Below, piece by piece: positions 13,501 through 25,620 of a stretch of DNA of 64,000 bases. Made by a program: the position numbers and the translations under genes. The notes below the pieces were generated by a model. That model was given only the letters and a program-made list of their open reading frames with translations. It searched no databases and was not told where the DNA came from. The first letter of the stretch is position 1. Each line of letters opens with the position of its first letter. Location of the stretch: the NCBI GenBank assembly GCA_965285935.1, contig OZ260663.1:111600001-111664000 (forward strand), given 5' to 3'. This DNA is from Ophelia neglecta. Lineage: Eukaryota.

Positions 13501-16199
13501 CCTTCATGTCACCTGTGCCCCTCTCGTGGGTGTTAAGCCACTGATAAACCTCAGCCATGATGGCAAGATTGTAAACTGCCATGGGCTCTGCATCATCCCG
13601 TTAATCAATGACAGGGTGTATATTAATTCTGCACGCCACCGTGTTATTGATGGTAGAGTTATAGGTTAATATAGGCATCTCAGGGGACACAGGATTAATT
13701 GCCCGGTTTTAGTGGTAATCGGAAGGGATCTATGCTGGTCTCGTAAACGTTTACTCGATATAACATATCTGCAATGTTAATAGAGGCGGATAACCAATAA
13801 AGCATAAAAATAAAAACAAAGTGAACGCCCCCTACCGGCTCCTGATAACGCTAACGACGGCCCAGGCGTATTGGCAGACGTCCCTTGACTTTTCCGGGTG
13901 ACCAGCCTAAGAGCATCACATTATCCCATCAACCATTTTACCATTATGGCAAGGAAATAATTATATTGTTTAGATTGGAAAGTGATCAGTTATATCCTAT
14001 GACAACGAACTTTGGACGCAACGTAGTTACCGGCCTGGATTTTTTTCTCCGAATACTGTCAAAATTAGGAAAGCTCTTAATAAACAAAAGAATGAAACGC
14101 CTGAGATAAAACTAATATCCTGACTTCTTTTTTCGCCAATAACATTGGATTGTTACTGTGAGATGAGTGGTTAATATTTGACTAGAGTATACAGGCACAA
14201 TGCCTATTGTGTCTTGACAATCTCTCAATACCCATAGCCCTTGTCTATCCTCCCTTCCTTGCCCATATACATCCGTCAGGTCCCATTTACCCATTTATCT
14301 CAGTACATACTGGGCATTATTAGGGATTCTGCTGTCAATTAGGGTTATAAACGACCAGGGTAAGTTATAATAGGCTACATTTTGAATAACGACTCTAGTG
14401 TCCTCCGATCATTTCTGGGAAATACATCAGATGACACAGATATATTCAGGCAATTTATATTCTTTTATGTAGCACGCAATACCTCAGGTCAAATGGTATT
14501 TTGTAAATTATGATATATTTCACCTTGAAGATCCTCTCTGTCACTCATGAAACTAATGGTTCCGGAGCTCCTAAAAGATTAATCTTCTGTTCACATTTAC
14601 GCTTCGCCTATTATTCCAGGCAATATCAGGTTTCATCTTTTAAATGGCCTTAACTTCGCTACCAGTGTATTTACACGCACAGAACTAGGAGTGGAGGTTT
14701 GTTTGCCGACAGCTGACGATTCTGACTGATTTAACCACATTTTATTGATTAAAGATGTCAGTCTATCTAGTAGTAATAGTAATGTAATCGGTGTGGTAGA
14801 CATGATGTGATCCGTAAGTCTAATGTACGATGACCTTATCAAGGTCAAGCCTTACCTTCGTCTACTCTGATAGCGATCGTGGTGATTACCCTCCAAACGA
14901 GCTTCCCTAGATTTCATTTCAGATCAAAAGGATTCCGCGCGATAACATAGTGTGTATTACAGTGAAGCACGCATTTTACTGCCCGCAACAATTTCCCTTA
15001 CCGTATTCTAATAAGCACCCTTATACGGTATGCGTTTTTTCTATTTTCCTTAGTCGTTGGTCTCATGTTTTTGACACAATTTACCTTCAGTCCGTAACAT
15101 TATGCGAGTTTAAACCATCTTGGACTCTCCTTGGGCATATGTCATCTCTTTCTACGTTAACTCGCTGACTCGGTTGATTTTTTAGTATGACGGAAAACAG
15201 TTAACTATTTCTCGTTGCAAGTGATTTCAATTTTAAGTTTTTGTTTTTTGTATTCGCATTTTAAGCACTGTTTATTTACTGTTTGGGAGCTGGGGATTTG
15301 TGTATATGGACCTGTGGCTGGTGATTCCTGATGATTTCTGAATGATGTAATGGACTTTTCTTGAATTACGAATTTAGTTTGCCTAATATGCATATAATCC
15401 CGTTTTTATTTTCGGTTTAAGCTATTTTTTTCAGTTGACGAGCTTGGCGTTAATGTTTGTGGTCTGTAGCAGATTGTTTCGGGTGATTTCCATCTGATTA
15501 AGTTGATTATTCTTCATAACAATTTGCTTTGTCTGCCAGGTTTACAATCCCTTTTTCCTTCTTTTATGTTTAATTCCAATTGACGACCTTTGTGTTAATG
15601 TTTGTTGTCTGCCGCTGAGTATTCTGGAGATTTCGTATTGATTTAAATGACTAATATTGATTAACACTTTTTAGTCGTATGCCTTCTATCCGCTGCCGAA
15701 GTTTCGAGACTCACCCTATTATTTTCTATTCTCTGTTGTTGTTTGATGAAGGCAGCGACTGCTCATTGTATTGCCCAGGTTCAGACAAAAATACTTATAC
15801 ATTTGTCCATTGATAAATATGTAAGCTGCTAGTTGTTTCGCTCAAACGTGTTTTACAGAAAAAGTGAGCAGCTGGTCCTTGGAGAAAGTATCGTCTATGA
15901 TACATGGCGGTTGGTTATTATAATAATGGAGATGGGTTCTCTTAAAAGATCAAAAATGGAAGATATCCTAATAGAATTCCGATCCATTAAAGTCTGGATA
16001 TAGTTTTTTTTTTCAGAATAACACTTTAATCATGTATGGCAAAATTGTATTTGATCGGTTCATCGCCTTAATGGTGTATTACCAATAGAAACTACTGTGT
16101 TAGTTCTTACTTGTAATACCATTAGGTGAACTAATTTTACAAAAGACACCCATTAAGTGAGACCAGGGAAATAGGTAAAAGGAGGGAAAGAGAAAACCC

Positions 16200-17000
16200 G
16201 GTGCAACAAGTAACAACTACAATTATGTATACGTGACCAGGACATAGCGTACCCACTATATAACACTAAGCCAGAATAATACCTACCTTGTGATATATGT
16301 ACCCTCAGAACATCAAAATACGTAAACAGAACACAACGTAACCATGGTCACACGAAACCAGGAGAATAGGTACGCAGTGTAATTTTTACTATAGAACAAA
16401 ACAATACATAAACAGAACACTACATCACCATGGTAACACTAAACAGGAATCATAAGTACCCAGTGTTAATCGTACCCAAGACCACTACAATATGTAAACA
16501 GAACACTCCATCACCATGGTAACACTTAGCAGGAATCATAAGTACCCATTGTAATTCGTACCCAAGACCACTACAATATGTCAACAGAAAACTACATCAC
16601 AGTGGTAACACGTAGCAGGAAGAATATGTACTCAAGAACACTACTATACCTAAACAGAACACAACGTTGCCATGGTCACACGTAGCCAGAAGAATAGATG
16701 GAGAACAATAACGTAAACCGAACATTAAGTACCTTAGATAAGTAGGACAATACGTACTCAAGAGTCATTTGTACCCTGAAAAACATGTGCTCAGGACAAT
16801 ACGCGTCCACTACAACACTTAACCAGAGCAATAGAAACCATTTGTAACTTGTAACCAAGATAATTCTGATCCAGAACACACACACCCAGGATATTAAACA
16901 TTCATTACAAGGCGTCGCCAAAACAATTCATCCTTGTGCGATTCATAACAAGACAAACATGTACCCGTGGAAATACGTACCCAGAACATATCTTACTAAT
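16200..17000. repeat. Degenerate tandem repeat, about 87-bp unit
   Basis: taaacagaacac...ccatggtaacac...aggaatcataagtaccc recurs at about 16323, 16408, 16495 and 16582. Confidence 0.75.
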
Positions 17001-18370
17001 GTATGTACCCAGGAAAGAACCTAGCCAGAACTAAATAGCTAGTACTTTACTTAGGTATAGATAACAATGGTCGCTGAACGGCATGTATCCAGGATGTGTA
17101 GAGTGTCAAAATACGGAATGAGTGGAGACACATTGAGTCGCCTTACCTTTTTGTTTACCTGGGATCTCGTCACGTTATTTCCAAGCGACTTCCCTAGTGA
17201 CTGGTAACATTTAGGAGGGGAAGCTCCACTAAATTGATATACGGCACGAGCCGCTTAAATTGTTTGGTTTTTACACCGCCGAAAATTATCTGCACTGTTT
17301 CCAGGTTATTGTATTAACATGTAGCGTGTATTCAGAAGTTGATTGGCACCTCCCCACCCAATGAATGTGGAGCTTTCTCCCCCCCCCCCCCAGCTGGTAC
17401 TGTGATGGCCATGACCCTGGGCCAATTGAGCTACTCATGACTAAACCAATCATTGAAAAACAATCACTACGAGCGTCCCTGTTAGATGTGTACAACCCCG
17501 GAGCCCCCGGCAAGAGGGTAGGCACTGGTCCTGTGCATCCTCCATTAGTCCTCGGTACATTTGTCCTAAGGACTGTCGATGCTGTGCGTATTGCATGCTT
17601 GTTAACAAAAATGTTGCCGGTAATCTTCCAACTGGGCAAATTGGCCAATATAATGCAACATGGACATTGTATGCAGCCGTCAAGCGCCACCGGGACTCCA
17701 TTGTACCATTACAGAGACGATAATACACCGTTTATGCCAATTTCCAGTGCTGGTTAGTCGTTTGTCTCATATTGGCAAGGCGTTAACCTGCGGTCAGTCA
17801 CTGCTCCTAATACATCAGATATTTATGTAGTGGCCGGATCACCCATCCCCTCGCTATTCAATACTCCCCCCAATTATAAAATACATTGAATATGGATAAT
17901 ACTAAAATATATATATTCTTCCAAAATCATATATCACTATTGGAGAAGATTAAGAAAATCTATTGACCATAAGCGATAACTTCCCTGTTAGGTGTACGCA
18001 AAAGGACACATTTACGTCACAAAGATTATTTCCTAAACGGCCAATATAAAAGCTAGAAGAATATAATAGTTTAAAAAATATAATTTTCTATACGATTATA
18101 CATGTGTGTGTGCCTATAGTGCATTCTTTTACGGTATTCTCCAATACCCATGTATTTTATGTATTTCGGTGAGAGCTTCACACCTTGTATAACAAGTCAA
18201 AGCCAATTTTATATTATTGTCATTGTTATGTTTCTCCCTAGAGACTTGTATAAGATCATAGATATTTCCTGGGTTAGTTTCCTATTCTGTTGATCAAATA
18301 CATGACCAATGTTCCTAGATTGAGAGAACATGGAGCATTTGAATTGCCCGTATCTTGTTCAGAGAAGTGG

Positions 18371-18760
18371 ATACTTGCCTGTCGCTAACACAGTAGCGAC
18401 AGGCCCTAGGCCGCCGCCAGTCGCCCGAGAGTGCTGTCTGACCGCCCCCTCGCCACAATACAGGACATGGGTACGGTAGCAAGCCGTCCGACCGCCCCCT
18501 TTCACCGGGTGCAGGCTCCTCGTCCTGGAGGAGGTGACTTGCCAGTCGCTAACACTCCGTGCTGCTGGCCCCGGGCCGCCGCCAGTCGCCCGAGAGTGCT
18601 GTCTGACCGCCCCCTCGCCACAATACAGGACATAGGTACGGTAGCAGGCCGTCCGACCGTCCCTTTCACCGGGTGCAGTCTCCTCGTCCTGGAGGAGGTG
18701 ACTTGCCAGTCGCTGACACCCCGTGCTGCGGCTGGCCCTGAGCCGCCGCCAGTCGCCCGC
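18371..18760. repeat. GC-rich tandem repeat, about 164-bp unit, ~2.4 copies
   Basis: acttgcc(a/t)gtcgct recurs at about 18373, 18537 and 18701. Confidence 0.85.
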
Positions 18761-19763
18761 AGCACGTCGGCGTAGTGCACGCTTAGCAGAGACTGCGGGA
18801 GGCAGAGACAGCGCAAACCGGAGAATTGTGCCGCAGCCAACCACAGCTGGTTCCTCTCCAAACTGTGTCTTTCATTCAGGACCTTTAAACGGAGTAGCCT
18901 GGATTAACCTTCATTCGCGGAATATCGACTACTAAATTATTGAAATGTGCTCGCTCTGAGGACGGGTGTGTTAATAGGATATGGAATTGACCCAGAAGAC
19001 GCCAATACAAACGATCGAGGGCATTGATCCGCCTGAAGGTCAATAGCGGCGTCTGCTCCTTGTCTTGTCGGGCCGTCAGATATCAATAGAAGGAGATCCA
19101 TCACGTTATGGACTGGCGCTCAGGCACAACCTCTCAGTCAACACACTCAACGTGGATATAATTGCTTTCAGATAGCCACACAATACTCGATACGGAAACA
19201 AGTGTTTTCGGCCATCCTGGAGAGGTCTGTAGGTGTATGTGGTGAGCTGCCCGGCGCTCCGAGGACCGCCAGCTAATAAAACAGCATTTATTGTCTATAG
19301 CCAAGGAATACTAAAGTGGCGGGAAGTAACACGCTGACATTCTCAACGACGAGGAGCGTGGCGGGGCGCTAGGCCTGCAAGTCGCCGTCGTCTATAGGCC
19401 CACGGCTCGAGGGACCGGAGCCTTGCAACCCGAGGAACACAGGGCAGCAACAGACCTTCAGGAGATCGGGACCGACAGGCCTTGGGGGGATACAGGTCTA
19501 AAAGCAGTCGCCTGGTACAGGCCTACAGGCTATACAAGGCGTCACAGGCCCTCAGCCGTCAGTGGCTACAGGTTAGACAGGTGTAATAGGGCGAGTGAGA
19601 ACACAGCCGATCGAGAACACTGCCAGGTATTGTAATGTGAACTGTATAATGTGAACACACCCAAAAATGTAATTCATTTTAAGTAGATAATTTTTATTGC
19701 GTGGTATGGCTGTTCCCTGAAAGACAATGTTTGTGTGTTTCGAGAACAAGAGCGATATGTCCT

Positions 19764-20120
19764 GGGTCCGTTTGTTAAAAGATTCCTATACTATAACTTT
19801 AACTTTGTTTCCATACTTTCAGAATAAGATTTGAACTTCTGACTTCAAATTAATTGACTTTCACTTAAATGGGTTGTTAAAAAATTCTTTGACTCAAGTA
19901 AAGTCTGATTTTAGACTTAGACTTGGGCTTTTCTCAAGACTGCTAAATAACTGTCTTAGACGGAGAATTTCACTTGAGATGGCCACTAGATCTTCAAGTC
20001 AAATACGTTTTGAACAAAGGACTTAAACCTAAGTCGAAAAAAAAACTCAAGTCAATACAAAATCCAACTCCAAATCGACAATTTCATTTCAAGTCAAGAA
20101 TATTTTTAACAAGCGGCCCC
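19764..20120. mobile_element. Putative PIF/Harbinger-like MITE
   Basis: Imperfect TIRs gggtccgtttgttaaaagattc and gaatatttttaacaagcggcccc. The left half is rich in gactt and the right half in aagtc. The superfamily is inferred only from the GGG-starting TIR. Confidence 0.6.
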
Positions 20121-20593
20121 TTGTGATTATCGGTTATAATGTCACTTTAAGCTCACTGGCAAAAGCACCTCATTTGAAGTGATCTAAGTGTGTCTGACCT
20201 GGCTGGCTGCCGTCAGATCCCCGGGTCACAGGTGCTGGTAATGGCTTACTATACAGCGTGTATCTGGCTTCCCGGTCAGACGCCGGGACTATTATAGCTT
20301 CCTGTAAACAGGGAGTTGTCTAGCCTGCAGCTGTGGGATACCGGATCAACAAATTTGCAGGACAATTACCCACCATAATTACTCTTTTAATCTGCCAACT
20401 CTTGAGTGCAGTTTTTCTTAGATTAAACATTTTGTGTTAATGTCATTGGCCGCCACGGCCTGTAGGGGTGTCGTGCCCGCTTGCGTTCCTTATCAGTATC
20501 CTTGCCCTTGATTGCTTCACCACACACAGACGCTAATTGGGCACCTGAGACGACAAATGACTCTGTGATGGTGGTATGTAATCAGCCAATCCC

Positions 20594-21033
20594 GGCCGTG
20601 GACAGGCTCTGTATGCTCCTTGGCCAAGCAGGCCGTGTGCAGGCCCTGTATGCTCCCTGGCCAAGCAGGCCGTGTACAGGCTCTGTATGCCCCCCCCCCC
20701 CCCTGGCGGCCAAGCAGGCCGTGTACAGGCTCTGTATGCTCCCTGGTCATGCAGGCCATGTACAGGCCCTGTATGCTCCCTGGCCAATCCGGCCGTGTAC
20801 AGGCTCTGTATGCTCCCTGGCGGCCAAGCAGGCCGTGTACAGGCTCTGTATGCTCCCTGGCCAAGCAGGCCGTGTACAGGTCCTGTATGCTCCCTGGCAG
20901 CCAAGCAGGCCGTGTACAGGCTATGTATGCTCCCTGGCCAAGCAGGCCGTGTACAGGCTCTGTATGCTCCCTGGCCAAGCAGGCCGTGTAAAGGCTCTGT
21001 ATGCTCCCTGGCCAAGCAGGCCGTGTACAGGCT
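20594..21033. repeat. Minisatellite, 37/40-bp unit (left arm)
   Basis: Unit gctctgtatgctccctgg(cgg)ccaagcaggccgtgtacag, about 11 copies. Confidence 0.97.
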
Positions 21034-23187
21034 GTTGTAATAATGTTTTATTGACACATTACATGCTGACACATATATTCATCTAGGCTACATCATATTC
21101 TTACTTATTAATTCCTATGTGACATCATGCATTATGTATCAAATGGGAACTGAAGTATGGTATACTTGTGTGTCCCCTTTTTCAGGTACACCATTAACTT
21201 ATCTCAATTACATGAAAGAAAGATGGTGCAAAAGTGCAAAAGAAATACAAAGACAAAAATAAGAAAATAAATACATTATTAGTGAACAGGGCTTAGATTT
21301 TTTTTTATACATGGATGGTAGGATCTAGGACAACAGTTTGAATTTCAATTTACTCTTAAAAATTGCAATTGTCTTACTACTAGACAGGCCGGATGGCACA
21401 ACATGACAATTCCACAAGAGCGGACCAACATAAGCCAGAGTATTTTGCCTCAGTGAGGTTCTACAGAAAGGTACATCATAGTTTGAAATTGAGCTGCCTC
21501 GCATACTGTAATTGTGTTTCCTATTGTAAACCATGAACATATCATTAAAGTTACTCGGCAGTAATCCATTTTTATGTTTATACATAAATACACAACACAA
21601 ATAAATATTCAATTTGAATACATCCAGAAACTCACATTTCTTGAAAAGTAATGCGGTGTGTTCTTTATAGCCTACATGACAGACAATTCTAATAAGTTTC
21701 TTTTGCAATACATGTAATTTTGAAAGGTAAACCTTGGGCGCTCTACCCCATATTTCATTACAGTATATTAAGTAAGGATAGACAAATGTATAGTATAATG
21801 ATCTCAAGGTCAATGTATTCAGCACCTTTCTTGCTTTTTTGATTATTCCAATGCTTTTAGCAATTTTACCAGATACATATTTGATATGTTCTGCCCAGTT
21901 GAGCATATTATCAATAATAACTCCCAGAAACTTAGTTGAGATAACGGTATTAATTTTTGTTTCATCAATATACACATTGTAGCTCCGGTTTCTTAATTTA
22001 AAATTTGTAGTGAAGAGCATAGTGTGAGTTTTAGACACATTCAATGACAATCTATTAGCCCTTAACCAATCAGTTATCTTCAACATCTCATTTGACAGAA
22101 CTTGTTCCATTTCATTAACATCTTTACCCTGCATAAATACATTTGTATCATCTGCAAACATGATTGGGAATGTTATGTCAGACACCATACTCAGATCATT
22201 AATATATAATAAAAACAAAAGTGGCCCGAGTATAGAACCCTGGGGCACACCGCATATTACCCGCCTGTGCGTTGACACAGCACCATTATATTTGACAAAT
22301 TGTGTTCTATTATCTAGATAACTTTGCAGCCACTGCAACACCTTGCCGCGCATTCCATAGTATTGTAGCTTTGATAGAAGTATATTGTGGTCCACTGTAT
22401 CGAACGCCTTAGCAAAATCCAGAAACACCCCCAGCACATGGTTACCCTTGTCCAGAGCCTCAGTTATCTTATTAACTAAAGTACTTAGTGCCATTTGAGT
22501 GGAATATCCTTTCTTAAATCCAAATTGATATTCAGTTAATAAATTTAATCCGGTTATGTAATCATTTTTCGTATTGTACATAATTCGTTCATAGATCTTG
22601 GAGAAAACTGGCAATATAGAAACCGGTCTATAATTTTTAAACTCAGTTGGGCACCCTGATTTGAAAAGTGGAATTACACATGCCACCTTAAGTTCTCGCG
22701 GAACAATACCATGTTCTAAAGATAAATTTATAATGTGACACAATGGTTCAACAAAATCTTGACATGATTGTTTCACTATTGAAGGCCTGATTTCATCAAA
22801 TCCTGCACTGCTGTCTCGTAATTTTTTTATAACTTTATACAGCTCTGACACAGTGACGGGATTAATAAACATTGTACTGGCAAAGTTTCCCTTTAAATAA
22901 TCAGAAGGAGTTTTAACACCTGTAGGTATTTTCTTGGCTAGGTTAGGGCCTACATGAATAAAAAAATCATTAAATTGATCTGATATTACGTCCTTGTCAT
23001 CTGTCAATTCACCATTGACTCGAAACTCTCTGTTACAAGGCACAAACGACTGTTTGCCAATTATACCCTTTAAAACCTTCCATGAATATCTAAGATTAGA
23101 GCTATGCTTTTTCAACTGCTCTCTTTGGTATTGTTTTTCTGCAATTCCAATTAGTTTGTAATATTTACTTTTATATGCGTGATAGGT
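21034..23187 (-). mobile_element. 5'-truncated non-LTR retrotransposon (CR1/L2-group LINE) with uninterrupted RT ORF and 3' UTR
   Basis: Open frame 23187 to 21325 with RT motifs NYRPVSILPVFSKIYE, QFGFKKG, FLDFAKAFDTVDH, GVPQGSILGPLLFLLYINDL, FADD, KFLGVIID. No endonuclease domain. The 3' UTR ends with AATAAA and a short tail at about 21034-21050. Confidence 0.95.
21325..23187 (-). CDS. LINE ORF2 reverse transcriptase (partial, about 620 aa)
   Basis: ORF track 21325..23364. The first ~59 aa are translated minisatellite and the listed start is TTG, not ATG. Confidence 0.85.
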   Translation of the reverse strand, partial: TYHAYKSKYYKLIGIAEKQYQREQLKKHSSNLRYSWKVLKGIIGKQSFVPCNREFRVNGELTDDKDVISDQFNDFFIHVGPNLAKKIPTGVKTPSDYLKGNFASTMFINPVTVSELYKVIKKLRDSSAGFDEIRPSIVKQSCQDFVEPLCHIINLSLEHGIVPRELKVACVIPLFKSGCPTEFKNYRPVSILPVFSKIYERIMYNTKNDYITGLNLLTEYQFGFKKGYSTQMALSTLVNKITEALDKGNHVLGVFLDFAKAFDTVDHNILLSKLQYYGMRGKVLQWLQSYLDNRTQFVKYNGAVSTHRRVICGVPQGSILGPLLFLLYINDLSMVSDITFPIMFADDTNVFMQGKDVNEMEQVLSNEMLKITDWLRANRLSLNVSKTHTMLFTTNFKLRNRSYNVYIDETKINTVISTKFLGVIIDNMLNWAEHIKYVSGKIAKSIGIIKKARKVLNTLTLRSLYYTFVYPYLIYCNEIWGRAPKVYLSKLHVLQKKLIRIVCHVGYKEHTALLFKKCEFLDVFKLNIYLCCVFMYKHKNGLLPSNFNDMFMVYNRKHNYSMRGSSISNYDVPFCRTSLRQNTLAYVGPLLWNCHVVPSGLSSSKTIAIFKSKLKFKLLS

Positions 23188-23976
23188 TATGCTCCCTGGC
23201 CAAGCAGGCCGTGTACAGGCGCTGTATGCTCCCTGGCGGCCAAGCAAGCCGTGTACAGGCTCTGTATGCTCCCTGGCGGCCAAGCAGGCCGTATACAGGC
23301 TCTGTATGCTCCCTGACCAAGCAGGCCGTGTACAGGCTCTGTATGCTCCCTGGCGGCCAAGCAAGACGCGTACAGACTCTGTATGCTACCTGGCGGCCAA
23401 GCAGGCCGTGTACAGGCTCTGTATGCTCCCTGGCCAAGCAGGTCGTGTACAGGCTCTGCATGCTCCCTGGCCAAGCAGGCCGTGTACAGGCTCTGTATGC
23501 TCCCTGTCCAAGCAGGCGGTGTACAGACTCTGTATGCTCCCTGGCCAAGCAGGCCGTGTACAGACTCTGTATGCTCCCTGGCGGCCCAGCAGGCCGTGTA
23601 CAGGCTCTGTATGCTCCCTGGCCAAGCAGGCCGTGTACAGGCTCTGTATGCTCCCTGGCGGCCAAGCAGGCCGTGTACAGGCTCTGTATGCTCCCTGGCG
23701 GCCAAGCAGGCCGTGTACAGTCTCTGTATGCTCCCTGGCGGCCAAGCAGGCCGTGTACAGGCTATGTATGCTCCCTGGCCAAGCAGGCCGTGTACAGGCT
23801 CTGTATGCTCCCTGGCGGCCCAGCAGGCCGTGTACAGGCTATGTATGCTCCCTGGCCAAGCAGGCCGTGTACAGGCTCTGTATACTCCCTGGCCAAGCAG
23901 GCCGTGTACAGGCTCTGTATTCTCCCTGGCGGCCAAGCAGGCCGTGTACAAGCTCTGTATGCTCCGTGGCGGCCAA
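23188..23976. repeat. Minisatellite, 37/40-bp unit (right arm)
   Basis: Same unit and orientation as 20594-21033, about 20 copies. Confidence 0.97.
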
Positions 23977-24709
23977 ACGAGCTAATGATTAGCAATAAAA
24001 AATACTGTTCTTAGCAGACACGTACGTTTAGGACAAAAATTCCTAACATATGGCGTTTGTGATAGGATATATTGTGGATTTTGTATGGGTCTCTACTTTT
24101 GTGGTACCACTTAACCAATTGTAAGGGACAGTGCGGCAGGAAACGCCATTCATAGTGATGATGGAACAGGACCGCTTGCCTAAGGACCATTGTTCATTGT
24201 CAAGCCCACGTATTTCACATTTAGCGGCTCTAGCTGTGCCTCGAGCAGCCAACCTTCGTGTTTACCGCCGTTTACCTCCGCCTTACCAGCCTCCAAGCTG
24301 ATGATCGGATTAAGGAAGCCCTGTAGGTGAAATTCACTGCGCTACGCCCTGGTTTAATGCTGATTGCATCTAGCAGCATCACAATCCTGTTCTGTCTGTC
24401 GCCGGATTGGGGAAGGTTTTACAAAAGTGTCGGCAGTTTTTTTCCGTTTTTTTGTGTGTACCAAGTAATGTGAGCGGTTTGCTGGTAAGCCCTCGAGGAA
24501 AATTACACTTTAGTCAATAGTAGAAGCTTTAGAGATAGGTGTTTTAGGTCGGTGGAGGATAGAAGGGGAGGGGAGGGGAGGGGAGGGGAGGGGATTTGCG
24601 GGGGGCGGGGATTGGCGGACGGGCGGTTGGTGGGGGGTGGGGGCGGCATTGGTTTTCCGAACCGCCCCTTCTGTCCCCAAATTGTTGCAATGAACATCTC
24701 GGGGCTCAT

Positions 24710-25620
24710 TTGGGTTGGTTATCTCCACCCAATGATGGTGGGTATCCCCGCCAATCGGAGTTGGGCACCTCCCCACGGAGATGGGTATCTCCGTTCAATG
24801 GGGGCGGTTATCTCCGCCCATCATGGTTGTGTTGCTACGCCAAACGGTTGTGTATCTCCACTTATGAGATTTTGATGTATCTCTTTCCCTTGGGGTGGGT
24901 ATCTCCGCCAAACGGAGTCGAGTATCTCCGTACATTGGTGTTTGATTTCTCCGCCAATTGATATATGGTAACTCCCCCCCCCCCTGAGGCGGGTTTCCCG
25001 CCTATTGGAGTTTGGTTTTTCACTCCAATATGTGTTGGGTATCTGCCTCCTTTGAGGCGGGTTTTTTTCGCCTATTGGAGTTGGATCTCTCCGACAATAG
25101 ACCTTGGGTATCTCCCTCCCTCTAAGCGGGTTTCTTCGCCTATTGGAGATGGATTTCTCCGCCAATAGGTGTTGACTATCTCCCTCCCTCGAGGCGGGTT
25201 TCTTCGCCTAGTGGAGTTGGATCTCTCCGCCAATGGGTGTTGACTATCTCCCTTCCTCGAGGCGGGTTTCTTCGCCTATTGGAGTTGGATCTCTCCGCCA
25301 ATGGGTGTTGACTATCTTCCTCCCTCGAGGCGGGTTTCTTCGCCTATTGGAGATGGATTTCTCCGCCAATGGGTGTTGACTATCTCCCTCCCTCGAGGCG
25401 GGTTTCTTCGCCTATTGGAGATGGATTCCTCCACCAATGGGTGTTGACTATCTCCCTCCCTCGAGGCGGGTTTCTTCGCCTATTGGAGTTGGATTTCTCC
25501 GCCAATGGGTGTTGACTATCTCCCTCCTTCTAGGCGGGTTTCCCGCCGATTTGAGTTGGATTTTTCCTCCAATAAGGGTTTGGTATCTCCTCCCAATGAG
25601 AGAAAGTTTCTCCGAGGGGG
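24710..25620. repeat. Minisatellite, 68-bp unit made of ~23-bp subunits
   Basis: aatgggtgttgactatctcc at 25232, 25300, 25368, 25436 and 25504. Degenerate monomers occur upstream. Confidence 0.92.

Noticed and set aside
14590-15700. Possible decayed LINE endonuclease/linker (TDHIMSTTP, GPYTQIP)
   Set aside because: Only short motif echoes; boundaries cannot be defined without a search.
17365-17757. 130-aa ORF with acceptor-like poly-C/cag and gttagt donor as the missing first NIT exon
   Set aside because: The open frame ends in phase 1 whereas exon 45087 needs phase 0. There is no clear TM or signal segment.
20481-24014. Many long overlapping ORFs (QAGRVQALYAPW / REHTEPVHGLLG)
   Set aside because: They are translations of the stop-free minisatellite in every frame, not genes.
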